Shown in pieces: positions 43,506 through 53,768 of a stretch of 64,000 nucleotides of DNA. The first letter of the stretch is position 1. Each line of letters begins with the position of its first letter. Location: the NCBI GenBank assembly GCA_965249275.1, contig CBDFLQ010000006.1, positions 544,001 through 608,000 of the forward strand. The letters run 5' to 3'. The notes under the pieces were generated by a model that had not been told where the DNA came from, did not search any database, and saw only the letters and a list, made by a program, of their open reading frames with translations. This DNA is from Dehalococcoidia bacterium (GTDB taxonomy: Bacteria > Chloroflexota > Dehalococcoidia > Plut-88900). Made by a program: the position numbers and the translations under genes.

Positions 43506-44777
43506 CTATCGAGCGCTTCCGCTCACCTCTTCCGGGCCCGTTCCTTCCACCTGGGCCGGTATTCCTGCCTCCGCCTCGGAGTGCTCGTCATGGCCGTGAG
43601 CCGTGACTGCTATGACAGCAAACATCAAGGTGAGCACGGCGAAGATGGTGGCCTGGATGAACCCGACAAACAGCTCCAACCCGTAGAAAGGCACCGCTAG
43701 GCCCAGGGGAATCAGGAACATCATTACGAAAATCAGGATTTCCCCGGCGAACATGTTGCCAAAAAGCCGGAAGGTGAAGCTGATCAGTCTAGCGATCTCG
43801 CTGACGCCCTCCAGCATTCCAACCAACAGGTCTAAGAACCCCGTGCTGATCCCGCGTCTGAATCCACTCAAATTAATGAATTTGCCGCCGTAGCCTAAGA
43901 AGCCGAGAGACCTGATACCCCAGAATTCAATGAAAAACATAGCTATTAAGGCGATGGCCAGGGTTGTGTTCAGTCCCGTGTTGGCGTTCCTGAACAGCGG
44001 TATCAGCAGACCGACGTTTTGGCCCTCAGGCTGGCCATACTCGATATGGCCGTCCTCGAAGTGGATGTGATCATCGGCGTATTCCGCCGCGGACATGCTC
44101 TGTTCGAAGAGGGCGAAGGGCATTACCCGGAAGGGGCCGACCTCGTCCCAGACATGGAGGTCCTTACCTTCCAACTCAGAGTAGATCTGCTTGCCGACGT
44201 GGTCGTTCGGGGCCGCGGACCTCTCGGACTCGTCCCAGTCCAGGAAGACTTCGAGTTCGTGCTCCGCCTCGGTGAGGGTGAGGTGAGGTTCGACCTCTTC
44301 GGCTTTCTCCTCGATGATGTGGTGGACCACTTCCTCCGCCGCCTCCATTCGCCCGACAGTGCCGAAGCCCGGAACCAGGCTGATCCAGTTATTGATAATT
44401 ATGAAGATGAAGATAGTGACGACAAGGGGATAGAAGCGCCGGCCATTTTTTGCTCCGGCTATCGACTCCACCAGTCCTAGCAGCCAGGATAGCACGGCCT
44501 CGACAAGGTTCTGCAGGCCCCGGGGCACCATGCCCAGCTTCCGGGTCGCGAAGTAGGCGAGAATGAAGATGACGGCGAGACCGACCCAAGAAGAGAGGAT
44601 GGTGTTGGTGAGGTTGAAGTCGCCGATTGGGCCGAGGGGGATGAGTTCCTTGCCGAGATTCTCGGGCTTGATCTGGATGGCGGGGAAGGGGAAGCGGAGG
44701 ATGGTGTGACTGATAATAAGAGATAGGATGACCAGGACGAGGGCCAGAAGGAACTTAGGTCGGCGAATTAATCCCAC
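43506..44777 (-). CDS. atpB: ATP synthase subunit a with large acidic/His-rich insertion
   Basis: PRGLQN..E, SFTFRLFGN.FAGE, FIQA.IF; GTG start overlaps the upstream stop. Confidence 0.93.
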   Translation of the reverse strand: MGLIRRPKFLLALVLVILSLIISHTILRFPFPAIQIKPENLGKELIPLGPIGDFNLTNTILSSWVGLAVIFILAYFATRKLGMVPRGLQNLVEAVLSWLLGLVESIAGAKNGRRFYPLVVTIFIFIIINNWISLVPGFGTVGRMEAAEEVVHHIIEEKAEEVEPHLTLTEAEHELEVFLDWDESERSAAPNDHVGKQIYSELEGKDLHVWDEVGPFRVMPFALFEQSMSAAEYADDHIHFEDGHIEYGQPEGQNVGLLIPLFRNANTGLNTTLAIALIAMFFIEFWGIRSLGFLGYGGKFINLSGFRRGISTGFLDLLVGMLEGVSEIARLISFTFRLFGNMFAGEILIFVMMFLIPLGLAVPFYGLELFVGFIQATIFAVLTLMFAVIAVTAHGHDEHSEAEAGIPAQVEGTGPEEVSGSAR

Positions 44778-45010
44778 TAACGGTCTTCCTTGCGGTCGGT
44801 ATTTCTCTTCAGCAGGGGGGACACCATCCGGAACATACCCCAAAAGGCCGCCAGTATGCCTAGAGCCAGTCCTACAAGGGTCAAGATCGGGGCGGTATCA
44901 GCCCAACGATCTATTAGAAGACCGCCTGCCACACCTATCCCGATGGCCGTGACTACATACCAACCCAAGCCCAAAAGCCGCAGAATATCCAGCCACTGCC
45001 TTCTGTCCAA
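44777..45010 (-). CDS. AtpZ/AtpI family protein
   Basis: Two TMs with G..ID.W..T.P; first gene of the atp operon. Confidence 0.88.
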   Translation of the reverse strand: MDRRQWLDILRLLGLGWYVVTAIGIGVAGGLLIDRWADTAPILTLVGLALGILAAFWGMFRMVSPLLKRNTDRKEDR

Positions 45011-45028
45011 GACCCCCTCCCGTTCCGG

Positions 45029-45046
45029 TCGTGCATTATATCACAA
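45029..45046. promoter_or_regulatory. Putative Rex operator over the -10 box of the atp promoter
   Basis: Minus strand TTGTGATATAATGCACGA. Confidence 0.5.
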
Positions 45047-45161
45047 TGAAAATTGGAGAGGCAAGGCCGGGTGAGACCAAGTTTGGAAAACGAATAGGTT
45101 TGGGGGGAGTCCTCCTAAAACTTGTCTTTGATTTGGACCACGTGAGTGACGACAACGCTAC

Positions 45162-45193
45162 TGGATTCCAGTGTCGGGGCACGGGGATAACGG
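45162..45193. repeat. GGATTCC..GGGAT(A/G)AC REP-like element
   Basis: Near-identical to 61694-61725 (inverted) and similar to 13599-13628. Confidence 0.75.
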
Positions 45194-45234
45194 AGAGAAA
45201 TGGGGCAAGGGGAGGGGAGATTGGAGGATAGGGG

Positions 45235-45446
45235 TCATGCGTTGTCAAGGTCTCTTTTGGATATGCCCAAGTTGCGGATGATCCTTAGAAGCGTTCCCGG
45301 TTTAAATTAGCGATTGCCGTGGTGTGGTATGGGCGATGTGGCTCCCGTCTTGTCGTTCGCCCATATTTCGTGGCTCCCCCCGTGCTTGACGGAAAATCAC
45401 GCAAACCCAGCCGTCGGAGTTTGCGCGTCAACTCCCTATGGGTCAA
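45235..45446 (-). pseudogene. HicA toxin pseudogene
   Basis: MTHRELTRKLRRLG / frameshift / GSHEIW...IPHHGNR*FKPGTLLRIIRNLGI. Confidence 0.8.
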
Positions 45447-45504
45447 ACGGAAATCTTGCGCACACTCGGCTGAGAAGAACGGTGGGCATCGGTCTCCAAG
45501 GGCA

Positions 45505-45720
45505 TCACACGGGGGGTAAAGCGTATCCCCGTTCCTGATAGGTCAGAATGGTGGCCGCCACAACGCTTTCCAATATGGCGATGGTCTCTTCAGGAGTATC
45601 CCCCCATGCGACACAGCTGGGGAAAGACGAGACCTCTGCCATGTACTTGTCCGGTTCTGTTGATTCCGCTGGAGCGTACATGGCGCAAAGCAGGCGGTAG
45701 CGTTTATTGCTTGTAGTCAC
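45505..45720 (-). CDS. HicB-like antitoxin (possibly truncated)
   Basis: YMAEV..FPSCVAWGDTPEE. Confidence 0.8.
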   Translation of the reverse strand: MTTSNKRYRLLCAMYAPAESTEPDKYMAEVSSFPSCVAWGDTPEETIAILESVVAATILTYQERGYALPPV

Positions 45721-45864
45721 CTCAGACCTCCCGGCTCGGGGAATAGAGAAACCGGTTCGTAAAGCAAGTATTCCGCAATCTCCGCGCGCTGGTCAAGGAG
45801 GGCAACTGGCATAGCGGCCATGGGTGTTATGCAAAACGTAGGGAGGTCAGGGGAGGAGTAGAGC

Positions 45865-46416
45865 CTATTCGGACTCTGCCGACTTCTTTTTGCCGAAGTC
45901 TTCCAAGTCCAGGCTGTCCACGAAGTCCCGGAACGCCGACAGCCGTTTCAGCTCTGCCTCATCGACGGGTTTAATGTCCGCAGCGTCGGCGGCAATGATC
46001 GGTTTGCCCGTCTCCTTGTCCAGGATGACCCCTGCCTTCTCCAGGACGATCTCCTCCACGAAGATGGGGGCTTTGACCCGAACCGCGAGGGCCAGGGCGT
46101 CGCTGGGGCGGGAGTCGACTTCCACCGTCTTGCCGTTGCTTTCGATCATGATCTTGGCGAAGAATGTCTCGTTGTTCAGGTCTGAGACGACAATCGAGTT
46201 GACCGCCGCGCCCAAGTCCCCGATGACCGACTGCAACAGATCGTGGGTCAAGGGCCGGGGCACGGACACGTCCTGAAGTTTGACGGCAATAGCGTCTGCC
46301 TCGGCAGGGCCGATCCATATGGGAAGGTAACGGTCTGCGTCCTTCTCCTTAAGGATGACCACCCGCTGATAGTTCATCAGGCTGACGCGGATGCTTTCTA
46401 TGGTGACTTCAAGCAT
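45865..46416 (-). CDS. Bifunctional nuclease family protein (DUF151)
   Basis: LPIWIG..EA, RPLTHDL, DSRPSDA. Confidence 0.95.
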   Translation of the reverse strand: MLEVTIESIRVSLMNYQRVVILKEKDADRYLPIWIGPAEADAIAVKLQDVSVPRPLTHDLLQSVIGDLGAAVNSIVVSDLNNETFFAKIMIESNGKTVEVDSRPSDALALAVRVKAPIFVEEIVLEKAGVILDKETGKPIIAADAADIKPVDEAELKRLSAFRDFVDSLDLEDFGKKKSAESE

Positions 46417-46475
46417 GGTATGGCTCTTCGCAACGAGGGCTATGAGTCCATTCTAGCTTACACAATTTTTGGGTG

Positions 46476-47645
46476 TCAATCGACTTTTGGCGCACCCGAC
46501 CCGAGAAACTTGCCAAGCACCTCTTCCGTATCCCCTCCGTGAAGGGGCGCGGCTCCCGTGACATCGGCTTGGGTGCGGGAAAATCTGATGGGGTTGTTTA
46601 CCATCTTCACCGTTCCCGACTCCGGGTGGGGCACGTCGATAATCATGCCGCGCGCCTTAGTATGCTCGTCGGCGACAACGTCGGCGATGTTGTTCACGGG
46701 GCCGCAGGGGATTTGGGCCTCGGTGAGCTCTTCGAGCCACTGGGCCGTCGATTTCCTGCGCATCCCCTCTTCGATTATGGGGTTCAGGTCATCATAGTTG
46801 AGTGTTCGATCCCAACTGGTCGTAAATCTCTCATCGTCAATGAGGTCCACTCTGTCAATGAGGGCACAGAAAATGGGCCACTGGTCCTTGGCCCCGCCGA
46901 CAAATGCGAGAGCTACATATCCATCGCTGGTGGCGTACACCTGGAATGGAGTCGTGACCGGGTGCCGGGTGCCGATGGGCGTAGGCACCTCACCGGTGGT
47001 GAAGTATCGGGCGAAGGCGTTTTCCAACACGGCCATCTGGCAGTCAAGCATGGCCACGTCGATCATCTGGCCGACGCCGCTCCGGTCTCGTTCGTGGAGG
47101 GCAGACAGGATTCCGATGGTGGTGAAGAGGCCTGCGGTGATGTCGCCGAGAGAGGAGCCGGGCCTGACCGGCGGGCGTCCGGGCTCGCCGGTGATACTCA
47201 TAATACCGCCCATCGCCTGAACTATTATGTCTAGTGCTGGGCGTTTTGTGTAGGGCCCCCACTGCCCGAACCCCGAGACCGCTGCATAAATCAACTTCGG
47301 GTGGCGCTGACTTAAGACTTCGTAGTCCAGGCCGAGGCGCTTCATCACGCCGGGGACAAAGTTCTCGACCAGCACGTCGAAGTGGTCCAGCAATTCCAGA
47401 AATGTCTGCTTGTCGCCTTCGTCCTTGAGATCCAGGATGACGCTCTTCTTGCCCCGGTTGATGCTCATGAAATAGGAGCTTTGGCCATCGACGAAGGGCC
47501 CCGTGCCCCGGGCCATGTCTCCGCCCTCGGGGCGTTCCACCTTGATAACCTCCGCCCCGAGATCGGACATGACCATCGTTGCATAGGGCCCGGCAAGCAC
47601 CCTGGTAAGGTCTAGAACTTTCACACCATCTAGTGGACCGGCCAA
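46476..47645 (-). CDS. CaiB/BaiF family CoA-transferase
   Basis: VLDLTRVLAGP, NRGKKS, SGFGQ.GP. Confidence 0.94.
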   Translation of the reverse strand: MAGPLDGVKVLDLTRVLAGPYATMVMSDLGAEVIKVERPEGGDMARGTGPFVDGQSSYFMSINRGKKSVILDLKDEGDKQTFLELLDHFDVLVENFVPGVMKRLGLDYEVLSQRHPKLIYAAVSGFGQWGPYTKRPALDIIVQAMGGIMSITGEPGRPPVRPGSSLGDITAGLFTTIGILSALHERDRSGVGQMIDVAMLDCQMAVLENAFARYFTTGEVPTPIGTRHPVTTPFQVYATSDGYVALAFVGGAKDQWPIFCALIDRVDLIDDERFTTSWDRTLNYDDLNPIIEEGMRRKSTAQWLEELTEAQIPCGPVNNIADVVADEHTKARGMIIDVPHPESGTVKMVNNPIRFSRTQADVTGAAPLHGGDTEEVLGKFLGSGAPKVD

Positions 47646-47739
47646 ATCGTCCTCCTCCGGGGAGCCTGCACTCCCGAATAAGTCACGGATAAAGAAAGTT
47701 TACTACAGGGGCGTTGGGGCGCGGGATGGATGCAACCCT

Positions 47740-49035
47740 TTATTCGTCCCCGACGAGTTGCAGAAGGTCATCATAGCTGGAGACCCGTGACATAGTTTCT
47801 ATGAATTCCTTGAGAGTGGCGCTTTGCTCACGCACTTGCTGCACCTGATCACCGATGGGGCTTACGGCAGTCGGTCGGTCGGCATAGGAGCCATGGAATG
47901 CGAAATAGGCCTGGTTCAGCTTGCGGAGAAAGTAGCCGTTGTCGGCAAAGACTAGCCGCCGAGCCTCCATATGGGATTCCGCTTCCTCGATTCTCCCTTC
48001 GGCCAGAAGACGGTCGGCCTCCAGCCGGGTCTCCCGCATCTCGCGGTTGAAACTGAAGGCGGGGGGAGCGGGGATGGATTCCGGCTCGGGGGCCGGAATG
48101 ACGGAGGGGGTGGGGGGTGGGGGCTGTGGGGTGTCTTCCATGTAATATCTTTCGTAGGCGGCGTTACCGACCTCGTCCCCCGTGATGTTCGCGACGGTCT
48201 CGTTGATCGTGACCATCTCGCCGGACGACCAGTAGTTCCGGCCCAGGGGGTAGAAGACGAGGTAGTGATGGAACCATTCGTGGGCCACAGTGCGCAACGT
48301 GTATTGCACGTTGGCAGACGCACCGACGACAGCTGGAAAGGTCGCCACTCCCCCGGTGTCGACGACCAGGGCGGAGTATTCGCCTTCCACCCCCTCTACC
48401 TCATTCTCGATATCCTCCCTGGCGCCGAGGCCTAAACCGGGGGTCAGAAGGCGCGTCGACTCAAGCTCTATCCTGTCTCTCGGTGAGATGACCAGTACAG
48501 GAGGAGAGTTTTCGTACTTGAAGTCGACGGGCGGGAACAGGTAGCCGTCCGCGTCCAGGAATCCTATGCGCCAGGACATGCCTTCCTCGGCCAGAATGCC
48601 GCTTACCTGTCCTTCTATAAGCTCTTCGACACGGGACTGGATTTCCAGCCTCTGCCCGTCCGTCTCTGCCCGCTCGTTCTCCAGATCTGACACGGGTACG
48701 CCGAGGGCCACGGCCCGTGTTATTTCTCCATCTATGCGATTCACTTCGCCGGTCAGTCGGGCGTATTCCCGGACCTCCGCGATGGCGTCCTCTTCGGACA
48801 ATCCCTCATCGAAGAGCGAGGAAGCCCTGGAGAGCCACTTGTCGAAGAAATTCCTCAGCTCCCAGGCAACAACGTCGTGGTCATGGCCGTGGATTGCAAT
48901 CCCGACGCGGTCTCGGGTCTGGGGAGAGGAGGACAGCAGCAAAACCAATGCGAACAAGATCAGGCAGAGGGCGGCTAGTCGGGCCCGCCTGTTGCGCAAA
49001 AGGAGCTTGGCAGAATATCCCAATTTGGTAAGCAT
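47740..49035 (-). CDS. Membrane-anchored protein with zincin HExxH motif
   Basis: N-terminal TM; AHEWFHH...INETVA; LNQAYFAF. Confidence 0.75.
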   Translation of the reverse strand: MLTKLGYSAKLLLRNRRARLAALCLILFALVLLLSSSPQTRDRVGIAIHGHDHDVVAWELRNFFDKWLSRASSLFDEGLSEEDAIAEVREYARLTGEVNRIDGEITRAVALGVPVSDLENERAETDGQRLEIQSRVEELIEGQVSGILAEEGMSWRIGFLDADGYLFPPVDFKYENSPPVLVISPRDRIELESTRLLTPGLGLGAREDIENEVEGVEGEYSALVVDTGGVATFPAVVGASANVQYTLRTVAHEWFHHYLVFYPLGRNYWSSGEMVTINETVANITGDEVGNAAYERYYMEDTPQPPPPTPSVIPAPEPESIPAPPAFSFNREMRETRLEADRLLAEGRIEEAESHMEARRLVFADNGYFLRKLNQAYFAFHGSYADRPTAVSPIGDQVQQVREQSATLKEFIETMSRVSSYDDLLQLVGDE

Positions 49036-49185
49036 GATCTCGCCCGGGCCGAGGGTGCTCGGCCACTTTTCAGGATAGCACCCCGATGCCTGTCTATCTG
49101 ACCTCTGAGGGCCGGTATTGCAGGGATGCCGTACTTTTCCATACAATGACCCTGTTCTACAGATCAGGGGGAGGTCTGAGCAGTT

Positions 49186-51249
49186 ATGCAGAGCTACAAG
49201 TCCGAGTCAATCAGAAACGTGGCGCTCCTTTCCCACAGCAAGGCAGGCAAGACATCACTGTCCGAGGCCATACTCTTCAACGCTGGGCACACTACCCGGT
49301 TGGGCAGGGTTGAAGACGGGAACACCACCTCCGACTACGAGCCGGAGGAGGTGAATCGGGGAGGAAGCATCCAACTGACCCTCCTTCCCTATGAATGGAA
49401 CGGCACGAAGGTCAACTTGATAGACACGCCGGGCTATGCTGACTTCTTCGGGGAGGTGGTAGCCGCCCTGAAGGTCGCCGACTCCGCTCTGCTGGTGGTC
49501 TGCGCAGCCTCCGGCATAGAGGTAGGAACCGAGCTTATGTGGGGGGAAATCTCCGCCCGCGAACTGCCGGCGATGATACTGCTCAACAAGATGGACCGGG
49601 AAAACGCAGACTTTGCAGCCGTGCTGGAAAAGATCCAGGACCAGTTCGGCCGGAAGTGCGTGGCCATTCAGCTACCAATCGGTGCAGAGTCAGATTTCAA
49701 AGGCGTGATAGACCTCATAACCATGAAGGCCAAGGGGCCCGAGGACCAGGACATAGAAATTCCCGCCGACCTCGCCGACCAGGCCCGGATCCTCCGGGAC
49801 GCCATGGCCGAGGCCGTAGCCGAGGGCGATGACGACCTTACCATGAAGTACCTGGAGGGAGAGGAGCTAACGCAAGAGGAGCTGGTGAAAGGCCTCGCCG
49901 AAGGTGTGAAATCAGGGGCCATAGTCCCGGTTATGGCGGCTGCGGCCCAGTCCAACACCTGTGTGAAGGCGATTATGGACAACATCAGCGCCTACATGCC
50001 CTCCCCCATCGACAGGGGGGGTGTGACCGCGAAGGACCTCGTGTCCGAGGAAACGATCACCCTCAACGGCGACGGCAACAGCCCACTAACCGCCTTCGTT
50101 TTCAAGACCGCCGCCGACCCCTTCGTCGGCAAGTTGTCCTATTTCCGGGTGTACTCCGACATTCTGCACAGCGACTCCCAGGTCTGGAACTCGGGCAAGA
50201 ACTCCGGCGAGAAGATAAGCCAACTCTTCATGGCCAGGGGCAAATCCCAGGAGAACGTGACCGAGGTAGTCACAGGAGACATCGGCTCGGTGGCGAAGCT
50301 GTCGGCGACTAACAGTGGTGACACGTTGTGCAACCGAGACAGGCCCCTGGACCTCGGCGGAATCGATTTCCCGTCCTCACCCCTCTCCGTCGCTGTGCTG
50401 GCCAAGTCCAAGTCGGACATCGACAAGCTGGGCTCCTCCCTCGCCCGCCTGGTGGAAGAAGACCCGACTCTGAAACTCGGAATTGATCCCGACACCGGAC
50501 AGATGCTGCTGTGGGGAATGGGAGAGGCCCATATCGACACGACGCTGCAGAAATTGGAGCGAAAGTTCTCGGTGGAGGTGGTCACCGAGATACCCCGGAT
50601 ACCGTACAAGGAAACCATCACCATGCCCATCAAGTCCGAGTACAAGCACAAGAAGCAGACCGGTGGGCACGGGCAGTACGGGCACGTGAAGATACAGTTG
50701 GAGCCCATGCCGCCGGGATCCGGGATAGAGTTTGCGCAGAAGGTAGTCGGGGGCAACGTGCCGAAGAACTACATACCGGCAGTTGAGAAGGGCGTTATGG
50801 AAGCGGCGCAGGGTGGCGTGCTCACCGACTTCCCAATGGTCGACGTGAAGGTGACCCTGTACGACGGCAGCTCCCATCCCGTGGACTCATCCGACATGTC
50901 CTTTAAGATAGCCGGGGCACAGGCCTTCAGAAAAGGAGCGACCCAGGGCAACCCCGCCCTCCTGGAACCGGTGATGCACGTGAAGATCACCGTCCCTGAC
51001 ACTTACACGGGAGACGTTATAGGCGACCTGAACACGAAGCGGGGCCGGGTGCTGGGGATGGAGCCTCAGAACGGGAAGACGGTGATTGAAGCGGAAGTCC
51101 CGCAGGCCGAGATAGTCCGCTACGCCGTGGACCTGAGATCGATTACCCAGGGGCGCGGGACCTACGCCACGGAGTTCGCGCACTACGACGAGCTGCCCGC
51201 TCACCTGACCCAAAAAATCGTCGAGAAGCTGCAGAAGGAGAGCGGGTAA
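49186..51249 (+). CDS. fusA: Elongation factor G paralogue (EF-G2-like)
   Basis: SHSKAGKTS, DTPG, NKMD, KKQTGGHGQYG, DSS. Confidence 0.93.
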   Translation: MQSYKSESIRNVALLSHSKAGKTSLSEAILFNAGHTTRLGRVEDGNTTSDYEPEEVNRGGSIQLTLLPYEWNGTKVNLIDTPGYADFFGEVVAALKVADSALLVVCAASGIEVGTELMWGEISARELPAMILLNKMDRENADFAAVLEKIQDQFGRKCVAIQLPIGAESDFKGVIDLITMKAKGPEDQDIEIPADLADQARILRDAMAEAVAEGDDDLTMKYLEGEELTQEELVKGLAEGVKSGAIVPVMAAAAQSNTCVKAIMDNISAYMPSPIDRGGVTAKDLVSEETITLNGDGNSPLTAFVFKTAADPFVGKLSYFRVYSDILHSDSQVWNSGKNSGEKISQLFMARGKSQENVTEVVTGDIGSVAKLSATNSGDTLCNRDRPLDLGGIDFPSSPLSVAVLAKSKSDIDKLGSSLARLVEEDPTLKLGIDPDTGQMLLWGMGEAHIDTTLQKLERKFSVEVVTEIPRIPYKETITMPIKSEYKHKKQTGGHGQYGHVKIQLEPMPPGSGIEFAQKVVGGNVPKNYIPAVEKGVMEAAQGGVLTDFPMVDVKVTLYDGSSHPVDSSDMSFKIAGAQAFRKGATQGNPALLEPVMHVKITVPDTYTGDVIGDLNTKRGRVLGMEPQNGKTVIEAEVPQAEIVRYAVDLRSITQGRGTYATEFAHYDELPAHLTQKIVEKLQKESG

Positions 51250-51294
51250 CAGGCGGCGGGACTGGGGAGTTCCTCTCCTACAACGGTAAATTTT

Positions 51295-51333
51295 AAAAGA
51301 GGCCGCCACGCTAAGCGTGGCGGCCTCTTTTTT
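51295..51333. terminator. Bidirectional rho-independent terminator
   Basis: AAAAGAGGCCGCCACGC-TAA-GCGTGGCGGCCTCTTTT between convergent genes. Confidence 0.9.
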
Positions 51334-51357
51334 GTTTTCGGAAGTGGCGGGAATAGC

Positions 51358-51795
51358 CTACTTGGGCGCTTCCCAAAGGGTGTAGTAGTTCTTGCCCGTA
51401 ATTACTGCGGCAATTTCCTCGGCGTCAAGCTGTAGCAGCTTCTCGTAGCAGGTGGTGCACTTGCCGATGATTTCCCGGTTCCCGGTACTCATCATCCGCT
51501 CGATGATCTTGCCCCAGAGGCCCAGGCGCTTGAGGCTCCTGACCTGCTTGGGCCAGGGAATGATGGTGACGCTTTCGGGGCGGGGGAAGCGGGGGCGCAT
51601 TCGCTTTATGGAACGGAGCCGATCATCGACGGATTCGGCCATGGGAACGACACGGGCCATAGGGCCGTCTTCCAAGTCCGACCGGGTGTCGAGCACCAGG
51701 GACTTGCGAAGCATGGGGAAAAGTATAGAGATCACTTCGGCGGTCTCTATGGTTGTGGATATCTCGTCCAGGTCGATGCGAAATTCACCGTCCAT
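51358..51795 (-). CDS. Hypothetical protein
   Basis: GGAGGG RBS; follows etfA on the same strand. Confidence 0.75.
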   Translation of the reverse strand: MDGEFRIDLDEISTTIETAEVISILFPMLRKSLVLDTRSDLEDGPMARVVPMAESVDDRLRSIKRMRPRFPRPESVTIIPWPKQVRSLKRLGLWGKIIERMMSTGNREIIGKCTTCYEKLLQLDAEEIAAVITGKNYYTLWEAPK

Positions 51796-51834
51796 CTGTT
51801 CCCTCCTGCCTGCTAAAAGACCAGGGAAGCCGAT

Positions 51835-52839
51835 TTACGAAGAAGCCAAAAGTTCTTTGCATTTTTCGTGGAACGCCGGCATGACCTGTTTGAAATCGCC
51901 AACTGCCCCGTACCTGGAATCCTTGAAGACGTTGGCATCCGCGTCCTTGTTGACTGCGACGATGACCTTGGAGCCGAGGCAACCAGACATGTGCTGGCTT
52001 GCTCCCGACAGGGCGACGGCGATGTACAGGTCGGGGCTGACTACCCGGCCGGTTATGCCTATCTGCACGGAGGGGGATATGTATCCGGAGTCGCAGGCGG
52101 CCCTGGTTGCACCTATCAGCCCGCCGAGGGTCTTGGCAACTTCGGCCAACTCTTGGAACGCCTCGGCGCTGCCGACGCCCCGGCCCCCGGAGATGATAGC
52201 CGGGGCTTCTTCCAGTTTCATGCCCGCAGCCTCCGCCTTGACCCGGTCAACGACCTTGGTCTTTGCCACAGATGCGTCCAAGGAAGGCTGCCAGTCAACT
52301 ATCTCACCGGACAGGGAATCGTCGTGCTCCGAGGGTTGAAGCGTCTTGGGTCGGACCGTGGCCATCTGCGGACTGGATCCCTCAACTACTACCTGAGCCT
52401 GGGCGTTGCCGCCATACACAGGTCGAGTCTGGATCATCAGATTGGATTCGGGGTCAATGTTTAGGTCGGTGCAGTCGGTGCCGATGCCCGTGTCGAGACG
52501 GAATGCGAGCCTGGGCCCGAGGTCTCGGCCAATCTCCGAGTGCGCCATGAGCACTATTGACGGCGAAGTCTCACCGATCAGGGCGGCAAGAGCTGCGGTG
52601 TATAAATCAGAATCATAGGTGCCCAGTACGCCGCCCTCGGCGCAGTAGACCTTGCCTGCCCCATGAGCGACCATCTCTTCGGCTGCGGCCTTGGCCCCTG
52701 CGCCTGCCACCACCCCTACCACGCTTTCGCCCAAGGTCCCGGCCATCTCAGAGGCCTTGCCCAGAATCTCCTTGGAAGTTCCGCTCAATCCGTCATCGGC
52801 GACTTCGCCAAAAACCAGGATTCCACTGTTCTCCACCAT
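51835..52839 (-). CDS. etfA: Electron transfer flavoprotein alpha
   Basis: TRPVYGG, SGGRGV, QIGITG, SGASQH, NKD. Confidence 0.96.
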   Translation of the reverse strand: MVENSGILVFGEVADDGLSGTSKEILGKASEMAGTLGESVVGVVAGAGAKAAAEEMVAHGAGKVYCAEGGVLGTYDSDLYTAALAALIGETSPSIVLMAHSEIGRDLGPRLAFRLDTGIGTDCTDLNIDPESNLMIQTRPVYGGNAQAQVVVEGSSPQMATVRPKTLQPSEHDDSLSGEIVDWQPSLDASVAKTKVVDRVKAEAAGMKLEEAPAIISGGRGVGSAEAFQELAEVAKTLGGLIGATRAACDSGYISPSVQIGITGRVVSPDLYIAVALSGASQHMSGCLGSKVIVAVNKDADANVFKDSRYGAVGDFKQVMPAFHEKCKELLASS

Positions 52840-52875
52840 TGTTAAGACCCTCCTGATACGTACGGGCTGAGTCGG

Positions 52876-53676
52876 TTAGATGATTTTGTCTTCTCGTAGC
52901 TTGAGAGCGAGGTTTGCGCCGATCTCGGCAGGACTGTCGCCCGGAATGAACTCGCACTGGGAGACCTTTTCGGGCTGGAAGAGTTTCATAATCTTCACCT
53001 TGGAGCCCGAGAGCCCGACGCCCGAGGCGTCTAGCCCCAGGTCCTCGGCAGACCAGACGGTGGGCTTCTTGCGTCCCGCTGCCATTATGCCGCGAAGGGT
53101 CGGGTAGCGGGGTTCGCCCAGCTCGTTACTGACGGTGACGACCACCGGAGGCGCGGCCTCAACGACTTCATAACCGTCGGCAACAACCTTCTCCACCCTG
53201 ACGACTCCGTCGTTCATTTTTACGTCTCGTGCTATGGGAATGATGGGAATGCCAAGCATCTCGGCGATGCCGGCCCCGACCAGACCCGTGTCGAAGTCCG
53301 AAGACTGTCGGCCACAGATGATCATGTCGAAATCGGCAATCTTGCGAATTGCCGCCGTCAGAACTCGGGCGGTGGCGTAGTCATCTGAATCTTCGAAAGC
53401 GTCGTCTTGAAGGAGGACGAGCTCGTCGGCGCCCATGGACAGAGGCTTCTTTATGACATCGGAGACTAGGTTAGTGCCCATGGACAGGACGGTGATCTTG
53501 ACGTCTCCGGCCTCTTTCAGCCGAAGCGCGGCCTCGACGGCCTGCTCGTCATACCCGTTGATAACGGGGGGGATGCCGGGGGCGGGGACGAGTTTGTTGG
53601 TGGCCGGGTCAATTCTGAAGCTGGCCATTGGCATCTGGGGATCGGGCACCTGCTTGACGCAGACGATGATATTCAT
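52876..53676 (-). CDS. etfB: Electron transfer flavoprotein beta
   Basis: IVCVKQVPD, AVEAAL, CGRQSSD.DTG, PRYP. Confidence 0.96.
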   Translation of the reverse strand: MNIIVCVKQVPDPQMPMASFRIDPATNKLVPAPGIPPVINGYDEQAVEAALRLKEAGDVKITVLSMGTNLVSDVIKKPLSMGADELVLLQDDAFEDSDDYATARVLTAAIRKIADFDMIICGRQSSDFDTGLVGAGIAEMLGIPIIPIARDVKMNDGVVRVEKVVADGYEVVEAAPPVVVTVSNELGEPRYPTLRGIMAAGRKKPTVWSAEDLGLDASGVGLSGSKVKIMKLFQPEKVSQCEFIPGDSPAEIGANLALKLREDKII

Positions 53677-53750
53677 TGAGGTTTTCCTCCGCGCCCTGAT
53701 AGGGGCAGAACGAGGCTCGGAAAGGTCCGTCTAAAGTGGCTGCGGAAAGT

Positions 53751-53768
53751 GTGTGATAACGCTCACAA
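53751..53768. promoter_or_regulatory. Putative Rex operator upstream of etfB
   Basis: GTGTGATAACGCTCACAA matches TTGTGA-N6-TCACAA with one mismatch. Confidence 0.6.
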
